DNA of 64,000 nt from Eledone cirrhosa (GCA_964016885.1 OZ024757.1:14384001-14448000); one strand, 5' to 3'. Counted from the first letter of the stretch, positions 1 to 14,571 are shown. A program made the numbers and translations. The notes: generated by a model from the letters alone, not told the origin.

Positions 1-497
1 TGTTGCCAATAAGAAACACACGCACCAGTTGCTTACACTCCAATTTGTTATAAATTAAAGAATTTATAAATTTCCGGTTGGTTGTTTGGTTCCATAACAG
101 TCCTACGCCATCTTGTTTCAAGAAACAAGATCGCATAGGACAGAACAAAGGAGAGGCACAAAACAAAGAAAAGAATCCCCAGTCACTGAAGAGGTCACAG
201 AATGTGTGATGAAAGAACTTTGACACTATATGAACAACCGTCCGGTTATGGAACCAACCAACTAACCGGAAATTTATAAATTCTTAAATTTATAAATTTA
301 ATTTATAATAAATTGGAGTGAAAGCAACTGGTGCGTGTGTTTCTTATTGGCAACATGACTCTCCCAAAGCATAACAATATCGGTTTCAACACACTTTTTC
401 AGATAAAGAATCTTGCTAAACAAATTCAGAAACGAAATATATATATATATAGTAATAATAAATGTGAAGACTCAAATCCAAAGAGGGCTCGATAAGG

Positions 498-545
<48 letters not shown>

Positions 546-726
546 AAAGTTTCAAAAAATCCCGTAAAAGGGTGAAAGCAGCGATTCTTTGCTAAAACTT
601 TAATCTGTACATATAATATATATATATGTGTGTACACATATATATATATATATACATATGTATATGTATATATGGTACACACACATGAATTTCCAAAAGA
701 AAATAAAACAATAAAATCGCAAATAC

Positions 727-801
727 TTTTTCATTTGATTGATTCTGAGTTTTTCCTTGATATTAGCAAATGTCGGCTTTCCGGATGGTTTCTCAGTTGG
801 T
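727..801 (-). CDS. MYO3: Probable tail exon: PTEKPSGKPTFANIKEKLRINQMK (3' boundary uncertain)
   Basis: Strong pyrimidine tract and ttcag acceptor; phase 2; weak donor gtattt. Confidence 0.55.
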
Positions 802-937
802 CTGAAATAGAAAGAGAGAGAGAAAGAAAGAAAGAGAAAAAGAATATTAGTTAGTGTCTTCTTTGGAGACGATGAAGAAAGTCTTGATGACTTTTGTTTT
901 CAAATACCCAGAATAGGGCACAATTAACCCTTTAGCA

Positions 938-1219
938 CAGGCGTTGGCAACCTTTATCGTGAATCGATGAGATATGGTTCATCATCAGGTGGGCCGCAAG
1001 CACTAATTTATATTTGTGCCCACATTAAAAAAAAGGGCAGTAACTCAGGTTGTTTTGATTTGATTTTTCAGAATTCGTACACGTCTTCCTCAATCGTAAA
1101 AATGATAGAAAGATAAATTACAGCTGAAAAATTGGGGTAAAAAAATCAGAAGATTTCACTGAGGTGATTTAGGCAGGCCATTCAGAAAGCTTCGCAGGCC
1201 ACAGGTTTGCCCATGACTG
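938..1219. mobile_element. Degenerate hAT/Charlie-like MITE
   Basis: Ends caggcgttggcaacc and ggtttgcccatgactg; internal gggccgca; imperfect 8-bp TSD ctttagca/cttgagta. Confidence 0.55.
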
Positions 1220-1923
1220 CTTGAGTATAAGGTTTCTCAAGCAATTGGTTGCTAGGTGAAGTATGTTAATTGGCTTCAGATCAGTCCCTTATCTCAGAGG
1301 TTCAATGTATTGGACAGGATTCTGGCAGTGCTAGTGATGGTAGAAATTTGGGCACTGCCTATGAAGTCAAGGATCTCAAGGCTTTTGATGGAAGATGTTA
1401 GGCATTTAGGGACCATGCCTAGCACACCAATGACAATTGGTATGACTTCTGTCTCTACATGGTGCTCAGTTCTTATAGCATCTAAAAGGCCTAATAATAA
1501 TAATAATTGTTTCTACTTTAGGCACAAGGCCAGCAATTACCCAGTGCATTACTGGTACTTTATTTTATCGACCCCGTAAGGATGAAAGGCAAAGTAAACC
1601 TCGGCGGGATTTGAACTCAGATCGTAAAGGGACGTAACTATGCTGGAAAGCATGGCGTCCGACCCTCTACCGATACTGCCAATCCACCGCCCTAATAATA
1701 ATAATGATTTCTAGTATAGGCACAAGGCCAACGACTTTGGGGGAAAGGGAAAGTCGATTAAATTGACCTCAGTGTATTACTGGTACTTTATTTTATCAAC
1801 CCCCGTAAGGATGAAAGGCAAATATAACCTCGGCGGGATTTGAACTCAGAACATAAAGTGCCATAACTCTATGCTGCCATACATGTTGTCCGATTCTCTA
1901 CCGATGCTGCCAATGTACCACCC

Positions 1924-1957
<34 letters not shown>

Positions 1958-1960
1958 CAC

Positions 1961-2023
1961 TTGAATCCTGAAGCACTGTCATAGTAAGCCATTCCTTTCT
2001 TCTCTAAAATTGCTTTAAAGGCG
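1961..2023 (-). CDS. MYO3: Myosin III tail exon: AFKAILEKKGMAYYDSASGF
   Basis: ttttcag/gtgagt; phase 2/2 compatible. Confidence 0.75.
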
Positions 2024-3566
2024 CTGAAAAATAGAAAGAACAAACAAATGAGATAGAAACACACTGGCCATACTTAACTATTTGTTTTTCATACAACAAG
2101 TGTCCCTAGGTATTCCCTTCTCTAGTCATTCATTGAAAGACAGTAACACACTGGCCATACTTAACTATTTGTTGTTCATGCAACAAGTATCTCTAGGTAT
2201 TTTCCCCTTCTCTAATCAATCATTGAAGTTCATTCACTAAACTCCTATATACTCTTTCTTACCATTCAAAGATGGTTCACTGATGAGGTCATATGATGTC
2301 AAAACATGTCTCGAGTTATCACTATACAGTCAAGGACCAGACACATTTTCCACTGTAATCTATTTTTTTTTTTACTGCTTAATCATGGAGGAAAAGCAAT
2401 TCCCATAAGTCTTAATATTTTTAACCCTTTCATAACTGTATTTTTAATGAAATACACTCTATTTTAATTAATTAATGAAGAATTTTGTGAGATTTACTAA
2501 AATCATTAATTATTTCATTACTAAGAGAGTAACTTAATGTAAGGTTCTTATATAAAATTCTGTTGGAAGATTTTAATTTTATTGATGTATGTGTGTGATT
2601 ATGTGCATATCTCTGTGTATGTGTGTGCATCAGTGTGTATGTGTATGTAAGTGTGAATCTGTGTGTGTGATTATGTGACTGTGTATGCATCTCTGTGTGT
2701 GTGTATGTAACTGTGAAAGTGTATGCGTGTGTGATTGTGTGATTATGTGATTATGTGCGTATTTGTGTGTATGTGTATGTAAGTGTGTAACTGTGAATGT
2801 GTATGTGTGTGTGATTATGTGATTGTGTGTGTGTGTGTGTGAACATGTCTGTATCTGTGTGTGTGTGTCTGTCTGTCTGTATCTGTAAATGTGCCTGTGT
2901 ATGTAAATGTAATTATGTGATTGTGTGTGTATGCAACTGTGAATGTGTATGCGTGATTATGTGCTTGTGTGTATGAACATGTCCGTATCTATCTGTCTGT
3001 GTGTGTGTGTGTACCTGTCTCTATCTATAAATGTGTATGTGTATGTAACTGTGAATGTGTGTGTGTATGTGATTATGTTCTTGTGTGTATGAACATGTCC
3101 GTATCTATGTGTATCTCTGTCTGCGTGTGTGTGTGCCTGTCTCTATAAATGTGTGTGTGTATGTGCGTGTGTGTGTATGTGTGTGTGTGTATGTATGTGT
3201 GTGTGTATGTATGTGTGTGAGTGTGTGTGAGTGTGTGTGTGTATGTGTGTGCGTCAGTTGTTAGCTGCCGAGACACTGCATCCTTTAAAGCCCTCATGCT
3301 TCCCGAGATTCGCCAACACTACACCTGACGTCCCCCCTTCCATACACATGCACACGTGTGTATGTCATGATTCTCATGCACTCTTCATTTTCCTGACGTT
3401 ACTGCATTACACTATGTACTGTACATACACATTTTGATGAGTTGTAGTGCACCTGAGCACTGTACACAATATTTTCATCATTAAAATAAAGTACCAGTAA
3501 TGCACTGGGGTAATTGCTGGCCTTGTGCCTAAAGTAGAAACAATTATTATTATTATTATAACCTAC

Positions 3567-3691
3567 CCTCCGGAGGTCTTGACAACATCATCTTGAGGTG
3601 GAGGTGGGAATTCTCCAGCCGGGGACCCTGGGGTACCACCTGGCTGTGGAGGCAGGTGGTCATCTTGTTGATCAGTTTCAGAGCCAGTCAA
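3567..3691 (-). CDS. MYO3: Myosin III tail exon, Pro-rich: LTGSETDQQDDHLPPQPGGTPGSPAGEFPPPPQDDVVKTSG
   Basis: GC-rich island; ttccag/gtaggt; phase 0/2. Confidence 0.8.
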
Positions 3692-3749
3692 CTGGAACGT
3701 AATAATAATATTAATAATAAGTTCTGTAAATATTGTTAAGGCATACTCC

Positions 3750-3879
3750 AACATAACACACATACATACACACACACACACATATATACATACACACACA
3801 CACACAGCATATGGCACATACATACATACACACACAGCATATGGCACATATATACACACACAGACACACAGCATATGAC

Positions 3880-3910
<31 letters not shown>

Positions 3911-4101
3911 GCATATGGCACATATATACACACAGACACACAGCATATGACACATACATACACACACACACAGCATATGGCACATACATACACACACACA
4001 CACATATATACATACACACACACATACAGCATATGGCACATACATACATACACACACAGCATATGGCACATATATACACACACAGACACACAGCATATGA
4101 C

Positions 4102-4132
<31 letters not shown>

Positions 4133-4672
4133 GCATATGACACATACATACATACACACACAGCATATGACACATACACACACACACACACACAGCATAT
4201 GGCACATACATACACATACACACACACACACACACAGCATATGGCACATATATACACACACACACAGCATATGGCACATACATACACACACACAGCATAT
4301 GACACATACACACACACACACACACACAGCATATGACACATACATACATACACACACACACAGCATATGACACATACATACATACACACACACAGCATAT
4401 GGCACATATATACACACAGACACAGCATATGACACATACATACACACACACACACACAGCATATGTCACATACATACACACACACAACACAGCATATGAC
4501 ACATACATACACACACACACACACAGCATATGGCACATACATACACACACACAGCATATGACACATACATACACACACACACACAGCATATGACACATAC
4601 ATACATACACACATACACACACACACCCACAGCATATGGCACATATATACACACACAGACACACAGCATATG

Positions 4673-4703
<31 letters not shown>

Positions 4704-5852
4704 GCATATGACACATATAAACACACACAGACAGCATGACACATATATACATACATACACAGACAGCATATGGCACATATATACATACACACACAGACAG
4801 CATATTACACATACATACATACACACACACACAGCATATGACACATATATACACACACAGACACACAGCATATGACACATACACACACACACACACACAC
4901 ACAGCATATGACACATACATACACACACACACACACAGCATATGGCACATATATACACACACAGACACACAGCATATGACACATACATACACACACACAC
5001 ACAGCATATGACACATACATACACACACACACACACAGCATATGGCACATACATACACACACACACACACACAGCATATGACACATACATACAGACACAG
5101 ACAGCATATGACACATACATACACACACAGACACACAGCATATGACACATACATACACACACACACACACAGCATATGGCACATATATACACACACACAC
5201 ACACAGCATATGACACATATATACACACACACACACAGCATATGACACATACATACATACACACACAGCATATGACACATACACACACACACACAGCATA
5301 TGACACATACACATACACACACAGCATATGACACATACATACACAGCATATGGCACATATATACACACACAGACACACAGCATATGACACATACATACAC
5401 ACACACACACACACAGCATATGGCACATATATACACACACAGACACACAGCATATGACACATACACACACACACACAGCATATGACACATACATACACAG
5501 CATATGGCACATATATACACACACAGACACACAGCATATGACACATACATACACACACACACACACAGCATATGGCACATATATACACACACAGACACAC
5601 AGCATATGACACATACATACACACACACACACAGCATATGACACATACATACACACACACACACACAGCATATGGCACATATATACACACACAGACACAC
5701 AGCATATGACACATACACACACACACACACACACAGCATATGACACATATATACACACACACACACAGCATATGACACATACATACACACACACACACAC
5801 ACACAGCATATGGCACATACATACACACACACACACACACACAGCATATGGC

Positions 5853-5883
<31 letters not shown>

Positions 5884-6798
5884 GCATATGACACATACAT
5901 ACAGACACAGACAGCATATGACACATACATACACACACAGACACACAGCATATGACACATACATACACACACACACACAGCATATGGCACATATATACAC
6001 ACACACACACACAGCATATGACACATACACACACACAGCATATGACACATACTTACACACACACACAGCATATGACACATACACACACACACACACACAC
6101 ACAGCATATGACACAAACACACACACACACACAGTATATGACACATACATACACACACACAGCATATGACACATACATACACACACACACAGCATATGAC
6201 ACATACATACACACACACACACAGCATATGACATACATACATACACACACACACAGCATATGACACATACATACACACACACACACAGCATATGACACAT
6301 ACATACACACACACACACACAGCATATGACACATACATACACACACACACACAGCATATGACACATACATACATACACACACACACACACAGCATATGAC
6401 ATACATACATACACACACACACAGCATATGACACATACATACACACACACACACACACAGCATATGACACATGCATACATACACACACACACACACACAC
6501 AGCATATGACACATACATACATACACACACACACACAGCATATGACACATACATACACACACACACAGCATATGACATACATACACACACACACACAGCA
6601 TATGACACACACACACACACACACAGCATATGACACATACATACACACACACACACAGCATATGACATACATACATACACACACACACACACAGCATATG
6701 ACACATACATACACACACACACACACACAGCATATGACATACATACATACACACACACACAGCATATGACACATACACACACACACACACAGCATATG

Positions 6799-6831
<33 letters not shown>

Positions 6832-6870
6832 GCATATGACACATACATACATACACACACAGCATATGAC

Positions 6871-6901
<31 letters not shown>

Positions 6902-7085
6902 GCATATGGCACATACATACATACAGACATACACACACACACAGACAGCATATGGCACATACATACATACACACACAGCATATGACACATACATACACAT
7001 ACATACAGACAGCATATGACACATACATATACACAGACAGACAGCATATGGCACATACATACACACACAGACAGAGCACATGACA
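3750..7085. repeat. Compound minisatellite: CAGCATATG(A/G)CACATA core plus variable (CA)n
   Basis: About 3.3 kb of visible tandem units; source of the spurious Cys/Val-rich ORFs. Confidence 0.95.
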
Positions 7086-7170
7086 CACACCACACACACT
7101 CATGTGTGCACCACATACGTAAACACGAGATTGCAGAACACACACACACACACACATATATATTTATATA

Positions 7171-8669
7171 CTCAGAGATCAGAGAGTCACTCCAGGTAGA
7201 GCTACAACTTCTCCGAATTGAGAGATCACAGCTCTGATACTATGGACATGTGGTTAGAATGTCTCAGGAAAGAATGTGTAGCTCAGAGATCAGAGAGTCA
7301 CTCCATGTAGATCTGCTACTTCTCTGAATTGAGAGATCACAGCTCTGATACTATGGACATGTGGTTAGAATGTCTCAGGAAAGAATGTGTAGCTCGGAGA
7401 TCAGAGAGTCACTCTAGGTAGAGCTGCTACTTCTCCGAATTGAGAGATCACAGCTCTGATACTATGGACATGTGGTTAGAATGTCTCAGGAAAGAATGTG
7501 TAGCTCAGAGATCAGAGAGTCACTCTAGGTAGAGCTGCTACTTCTCCGAACTGAGAGATCACAGCTCTGATACTATGGACATGTGTTTAGAATGTCTCAG
7601 GAAAGAATGTGTAGCTCAGAGATCAGAGAGTCACTTTAGGTAGAGCTGCAACTTCTCCGAATTGAGAGATCACAGCTCTGATACTATGGACACGTGGTTA
7701 GAATGTCTCAGGAAAGAATGTGTAGCTCAGAGATCAGAGAGTCACTCTAGGTAGAGCTACTACTTCTCCGAATTGAGAGATCACAGCTCTGATACTATGG
7801 ACATGCGGTTAGAATGTCTCAGGAAAGAATGTGTAGCTCAGAGATCAGAGAGTCACTCTAGGTAGAGCTACTACTTCTCTGAATTGAGAGATCACAGCTC
7901 TGATACTATGGACACGTGGTTAGAATGTCTCAGGAAAGAATGTGTAGCTCAGAGATCAGAGAGTCACTCTAGGTAGAGTTACTACTTCTCCGAATTGAGA
8001 GATCACAGCTCTGATACTATGGACATGCGGTTAGAATGTCTTAGGAAAGAATGTGTAGCTCAGAGATCAGAGAGTCACTCTAGGTAGAGCTGCTACTTCG
8101 CCGAACTGAGAGATCACAGCTCTGATACTATGGACATGTGGTTAGAATGTCTCAGGAAAGAATGTGTAGCTCAGAGATCAGAGAGTCACTCCAGGTAGAG
8201 CTGCTACTTCTCTGAATTGAGAGATCACAGCTCTGATACTATGGACACGTGGTTAGAATGTCTCAGGAAAGAATGTGTAGCTCAGAGATCAGAGAGTCAC
8301 TCCAGGTAGAGCTGCTACCTCTCCGAACTGAGAGATCACAGCTCTGATACTATGGACATGTGGTTAGAATGTCTCAGGAAAGAATGTGTAGCTCAGAGAT
8401 CAGAGAGTCACTCCAGGTAGAGCTGCTACTTCTCCGAATTGAGAGATCACAGCTCTGATACTATGGACATGTGGTTAGAATGTCTCAGGAAAGAATGAGT
8501 AGCTCAGAGATCAGAGAGTCACTCTAGGTAGAGCTGCTACTTCTCCGAATTGAGAGATCACAGCTCTGATACTATGGACATGTGGTTAGAATGTCTCAGG
8601 AAAGAATGTGTAGTTCAGAGATCAGAGAGTCACTCCTGGTAGAGCTGCTACTTCTCTGAATTGAGAGAT

Positions 8670-8670
<1 letters not shown>
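7171..8670 (+). repeat. 111-bp tandem array (about 13.5 units) derived from an RTE LINE coding fragment
   Basis: Units start at 7171, 7282, 7393...; translate as EIRESLQVELLLLRIERSQL*YYGHVVRMSQER. Confidence 0.9.
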
Positions 8671-8718
<48 letters not shown>

Positions 8719-10000
8719 CATATATATAACTGAAACCAGAATAAAAATTTTAAGTATGTGGTGCTCTAGCATGGCCGCAGCCGAATGACTGAAACCAGAA
8801 GACAAAATAGAAACGGTTATTAATTCTTATATATATATATATCTGTGAGAGTGCAGCCAAGTGCAGCAGTAATAGTGCACTAGTGTGCAAGTCTATGCAA
8901 TGGGGAAGGAATAGAATTGGAAGGCTTACTTTAAGGGGTGTGAACTGGTTTTAAAAAAGGGACCTTGGATGTAAGGAAGAGATGTGATGAAGGATTGCAT
9001 CTGAGAAGTTGGTAGGTAACAAGAATGATACTTACCATTCGAGTCGATAACACCCCTCTTCAGGTCACACCAACAATGGCAAAAATGATGATATATTATA
9101 TATTGTTATCATGTGTGGATATATCTGATAAATACACCCAGTACACTCTGTAAAGTGGTTGGTGCTAGCAAGGCTATCCAACCATAGAAAACGTGCCAAG
9201 CCAAGAGTTGACATGACATTACAGATCCTCTAGTGTTGGTTATTTACATGATAAATGCAAGTCTACATGTTAAAACACATCTGAGGAGCTTCCAATTCTA
9301 GATTCAGGTTTGATCATTAATAGATCGTTCCTCGAGCTGATCGACAGTGAAACATATGTAATATGTAATTAAATATGTATATGATGCAACACTGATTTTT
9401 TGTTCCCTTATATATTAATATTATATATATATATATATAAATATATACCATCATCACTGTTTAATGTCCATTTTTAGCATGAGTTAGACTGGTTGTCCCG
9501 TATAAGGTAAGTTGGGTCTAGTGATCATGTCTTGTTCATACAGAACTGTTATATATATATATATATATATATAGGAACGAGTAGGACCCCGACGGCTGAG
9601 CTCAAGCGGTTTCGACGGCTAATTCTAGACACCAGAATTAGCCGTCGAAACGGCTTGAGCTCAGCCGTCGGGGTCCTACTCGTTCCTATTACCCACTCTA
9701 CTACCCTAAGTATTGAGTACTTTGGTGCGTTATGGTCCACCTGATTCCTTACCACATTTCCTTCGTTATATATATATATATATATATATTTTATATGTAT
9801 TCTCCTTCTATGTAGAGAAAAAAATGTTGTAATGTGCTGCTATTTTTTTAGCGCCATGAAGTATCAACGAGTCTATAATATCCCGTTTTTACTTACGGCC
9901 TATTTACGTGTAGCTCACTTTAATGGCCTGACCTCATGCATCGGGCAGGAAGCGATATATTTACAAACGATGAGGCTTTATGCCCTATGGTATGGAAATA

Positions 10001-10080
10001 GCTGTCTGAAGAGCTAATTCCTTCCATTGGAAATTCTCTGAATTTCCAATCTTTTAATTAGTGAAACCGTCAGTAACAGC
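10001..10080 (+). ncRNA. Type I hammerhead ribozyme motif with extended stem II
   Basis: GCTGT CTGAAGA GCTAATT..hairpin..AATTAGT GAAA CCGTCAG TA ACAGC. Confidence 0.7.
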
Positions 10081-10622
10081 AATAGAACAGGTGAATATTT
10101 AAATCGTATTTTAATTTATTTAAAAGATTGTTTAATGTTTACTTGTTCCGCTCATTTTTATAGTTCTGGTATCTCAAATTAGTACCATTGAACAACGATT
10201 TAAGACACCATGTATATTTCTGTAGGTACTTAGTACCTTCTGGAATATCTATATCATTTTATATGTATACATATATATAAAATCAAGGTAGTGTAAACAC
10301 TGGTATACAGACTATACTTGTATCCCTGTATGTATTAATTACATATAGGACACATACTTTTATTATATATATATATATATATATACATACATATTAATAT
10401 TTACATGCCTACATATTAAGAAAGTGTGTATATTTATATACACACTGGCCCAGTCTTGGTTACCCACTTTGCATGTATTCTGATATATATATAACTTTAT
10501 AGATATATATTTATAGTAATAATAAATGTGAAGACTAAAATGCGAAGAGGGCTCGATAAGGAAGATCCCGCAGCGACTCTTTGCTTAAACTTTAATCTGG
10601 TCTTATAATATATGTTTATATA

Positions 10623-10674
<52 letters not shown>

Positions 10675-10758
10675 CATATATATCTATATACATATATATA
10701 TATATATATATACATATCTATATATATATACCTATATATCTATATATATATATGAATA

Positions 10759-10800
<42 letters not shown>

Positions 10801-11023
10801 TATTCATATATATGTATATATATATATGTATGTATATAGGAAAATGTTTAACCCCTATTACCCACTCTACTACCCTAAGTATTGAGTACTCTGGTGCGTT
10901 ATGGTCTATCTGGTTCCTTACCACACTTCCTTCGTTATATATATATGTATATATATGTATATATATATATATATACATGTATATATATATGTATATATTG
11001 TATATATATATATACATGTATAT

Positions 11024-11070
<47 letters not shown>

Positions 11071-11093
11071 ATATTGTATATATATATATATAT

Positions 11094-11140
<47 letters not shown>

Positions 11141-11289
11141 CTATTTCTGTCTTTGCTTCATATTTGACACTGCTAGTTATGTGATGCAGAAACAAATGTT
11201 TAACAGTTCCGTGACCAAGCGATGATTCAATGGAGGTAAGTATGGAAGTAAGGAAGGAAGGAAAGAAGCGTGCCAGGCGTCTAACTTAC

Positions 11290-11448
11290 GGCATCATAGT
11301 ATGGTGTACGTCCCACCTGTTTCGAATCAAACATTTTCTTTTTGAATTTCTCCAGTGTATCCTCGACTAAATCTGACGAACTCTTTGACTTATAGTCATA
11401 GTTTGTTGCTATTTGCCAGGTGTAAATGTCAAAGTTGTAGATTTGAGT
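11290..11448 (-). CDS. MYO3: Myosin III tail exon: TQIYNFDIYTWQ...GRTPYYDA
   Basis: ttttaacag/gtaagt; 53 open codons; phase 0/0. Confidence 0.8.
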
Positions 11449-12300
11449 CTGTTAAAAAAATAATATATACATATATATATATATATAAAATTTAGGTGGT
11501 ACCATAACATGGCCACAGAAGACAAAAATTTAAATAGGTGGTGCTCTGAAACCAGAAGAAAAAATAGAAATGGTTACTTAATTCTGAGACAAAGACCTCA
11601 TTATGGCTCTGTTTGTGGGCCTTGAAGTGAAATAGGGCATGTAGAAAAGGACACTTACTCATTTGACAAAAAACTTGTAGGCATCTTTTTGTGAGCCTTA
11701 GTGCTTTCACAAAGTCCCCATACTAAATTTCTTAGTAGGCCTTTCAGAGGAATAGAGTATTTAGAAAATATCACTCTTTTGATATAGAACTCATATAGAT
11801 CTCTTTGTGGGCAATGATGTGGAATAGAGCAGAGAAATGGTTACTTACTGCTTTGATAAAGGCCTTGTTTGGATTTCATTGTTGGCCTTGATGTGGAATA
11901 GAGCAGAGAAATGGTTACTTACTGCTTCGATAAAGGCCTCATATAGATCTCTTCTACAAACTCCCGATATACAACATCACTTTGTGGGTCTTTAAGCCGT
12001 TAGCATATAAACCGGCTGTATCCGGCCAGAATTTCCTCACCTCTTTCTGTTCAAACCAGCTGTAACTGGCCGCTCATTCTGATGTTATGGTATTGTTCTC
12101 AAAATAAATAATATCAAAATCTCATAGATTCAATATTATGTGAGATAAAGCCTTTACCATGAAAATACAATAGTATATATAGAGTAATGTAAATGGTAAA
12201 GGATTAAGAGGAATAGAACATAAAGAAAATGTCCCTCGTTCGACAAAGACCTCTTTGTGGGACTTGAAGCAGTATAGAACATATAGAAATGGTTACTTAC

Positions 12301-12485
12301 TGCTTCGACAAAGTCCTCATACTGTATCTCCTTGTGGGTCTTGAGGAAGAGAAGTTGCTGGAAGAATGTACGACACTTCCATGTACGGTAGTATGTCTGC
12401 AGGATAATGGCAGCACGCACTTCTCGGATTTGACTATCATCCATCATTTTTTTGCTGGATTTCTTCACCATGTATCTTCGGTAAG
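12301..12485 (-). CDS. MYO3: Myosin III exon: end of IQ3, IQ4 (LQTYYRTWKCR)...QYEDFVEA
   Basis: IQ-like motif; gtacag/gtaagt; phase 1/0. Confidence 0.88.
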
Positions 12486-12579
12486 CTGTACAGAGTGATA
12501 AAGAGTGAGAGATAGAGAGAGCGAGAGAGAGAGAGAGCGAGAGAGAGAGAGAGAGAGAGAGAAATAGTGATGGAGAGAG

Positions 12580-13585
12580 TGTATAGTGTGGTAGTGAGGA
12601 CATGTTGTATGGTGTAGTGTGGTGTGGTATAGTGTGGTAGTGAAGACATGTTGTATAGTGTAGTGTGGTGTGATAGTGAGGACATATTGTATGGTGTAGT
12701 GTGGTATAGTGTGGTAGTGATGACATGTTGTATGGTGTAGTGTGGTAGTGAGGACATGTTGTATGTGTGGTGTGGTGTAGTGTGGTAGTGAGGACATGTT
12801 GTGTAGTGTGGTGTGGTGTAGTGTGGTAGTGAGGACATGTATGGTGTAGTGTGGTGTGGTAGTGAGGTCATGTTGTATGGTGTAGTGTGGTAGTGAGGAC
12901 ATGTGTGGTGTAGTAGTGTGATAGTGTAGTAGTGACAACATGTGTAGTGTAGTATAGTGTAGTGTTGTGTGGTAGTGTAGTAGTGACAACATGTGTAGCG
13001 TAGTATAGTGTAGTGTGATAGTGTAGTAGTGACAACATATGTAGTGTAGTATAGTGTAGTGTAGTGTAGTGTGATAGTGTAGTAGTGACAACATGTGTAG
13101 TGTAGTATAGTGTAGTGTTGTGTGGTAGTGTAGTAGTGACAACATGTGTAGTGTAGTATAGTGTAGTGTTGTGTGGTAGTGTAGTAGTGACAACATGTGT
13201 AGTGTAGTGTAGTGTGATAGTGTAGTAGTGACAACATGTGTGGTGTAGTGTAGTGTTGTGTTGTGTGGTAGTGTAGTAGTGACAACATGTGTAGTGTAGT
13301 ATAGTGTAGTGTTGTGTGGTAGTGTAGTAGTGTAGTAGTGACAACATGTGTAGTGTAGTATAGTGTAGTGTTGTGTGGTAGTGTAGTAGTGACAACATGT
13401 GTAGTGTAGTGTAGTGTAGTGTGATAGTGTAGTAGTGACAACATATGTAGTGTAATATAGTGTAGTGTAGTGTTATAGTGTAGTAGTGACATGTGTAGTG
13501 TAGTGTAGTGTTGTGTGGTAGTGTAGTAGTGACAACATGTGTAGTGTAGTATAGTGTAGTGTTGTGTGGTAGTGTAGTAGTGACA
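12580..13585. repeat. (GTAGT)n-based compound satellite punctuated by GACAACAT
   Basis: Direct inspection. Confidence 0.9.
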
Positions 13586-13703
13586 AGATATGCAGTACAG
13601 GTACAGCATTGTAGTGAGGCCATGTAGTATAGTAGCTTATAGTGTGTTAGTGACAACATATTGTATATAGGATATAGTATATAAAACGACACAATCTACA
13701 TAC

Positions 13704-13904
13704 ATCTTTGAATTGTGATGGCGGCATGTTCCTCGTTGGTTAGCTGAGATCCTCTACGCTTCCTTTTTTCCTTTCGTTTCTTCTCTTTCTTTCGTTGCTG
13801 AAAACCTCTGAATTGTGACTGGACCAAAGTGGCAGCTTGTTCTTGATGTTTTCTTTCTTGTTTCCTCACATCTGCCACTTTTCGGCCACGATGACCTCTG
13901 TAAC
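13704..13904 (-). CDS. MYO3: Myosin III exon: end of IQ1, IQ2 (VQSQFRGFQQRK), basic stretch, start of IQ3
   Basis: IQxxxRGxxxRK motifs; cttag/gtatgt; phase 1/1. Confidence 0.9.
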
Positions 13905-14085
13905 CTAAGGTAATAAATTATGGTAAATACACCTGACTTTCTCTGCATGGCAGTGGATTATACATCGAAGCAGTTAGCAGTAAGTAATTCTTATTGCAAA
14001 GATGCATCAACCTTGCCTTGGACTATAAACATTTTTTTCTCTTTCTGATGAAGTGCAATATTTTATTACGTAATGTAATAATTAT

Positions 14086-14425
14086 GGAGGCACATGGCTC
14101 AGTGGTTAGAGCATTGGGCTTGCAATCGAAAGGTTGTGAGTTCAATTCTCAGACTGGGTGATGTGTTGTTTCCTTGAGCAAGGCACTTTATTTCACATTG
14201 CTCCAGTTTACTCAGCTGTAGAAATGAGATGATAGGGACTGGGGTCCCTATCATTCCACTGCAAAGTGGTCGTGGAGGTGCCACGGCAAAAAAGCACCCA
14301 GCACTCACTGTAAATGAGGTTGGTGTTAGAAAGGGCATCCAGCTGTAGAAATCAAGCCAGAATCAGTTTCCGTCCCACCCTTGCAAGCAGGGAAAAGCAG
14401 ACATAAAATGAAATGAAATGAAATG
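14086..14425 (+). mobile_element. tRNA-derived SINE family A with RTE-like 3' tail. Other copies at about 22409-22550 (internally deleted), 23333-23645, 24355-24620, 41966-42298(-), 53873-54180, 56645-56970, 58733-59078, 62471-62742
   Basis: A box (tggcttagtgg) and B box (gagttcaattc); conserved ccttgagcaag core; tail shared with the RTE LINE 3' UTR; many near-identical copies. Confidence 0.9.
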
Positions 14426-14571
14426 CATTTGAATGAGCCTGGGATTTTGTAGTCAGCGCATGTAGACAATTATTGTATAGAAACATATGTTAAGGAATGA
14501 ACTCTCAATAAATTTCTGCTTCTGACCAATTATTGCTGCCTAGTTATTCCTGTTTTTCCTAGTACTATACT

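Noticed and set aside
2280-2312. CTGATGA-containing hammerhead-like remnant
   Set aside because: GAAA is mutated to AAAA and stem I does not pair; at best a decayed copy.
3711-7157. ORFs of more than 1100 aa rich in Cys/Val/Tyr/Met
   Set aside because: Translation of a (CA)n-based minisatellite that lacks stop codons; intronic and not protein-like.
3750-8670. CRISPR-like appearance of a constant core with variable spacers, and of the 111-bp array
   Set aside because: The spacers are only (CA)n length variants or are identical; the context is eukaryotic and there are no cas genes.
9036-9062. Strong donor (ATG|gtaagt) between tail exons
   Set aside because: No convincing acceptor, and the flanking exons already join in phase.
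14086-14160. tRNA gene-like sequence
   Set aside because: It is the head of a multi-copy SINE, with no complete cloverleaf or acceptor stem.
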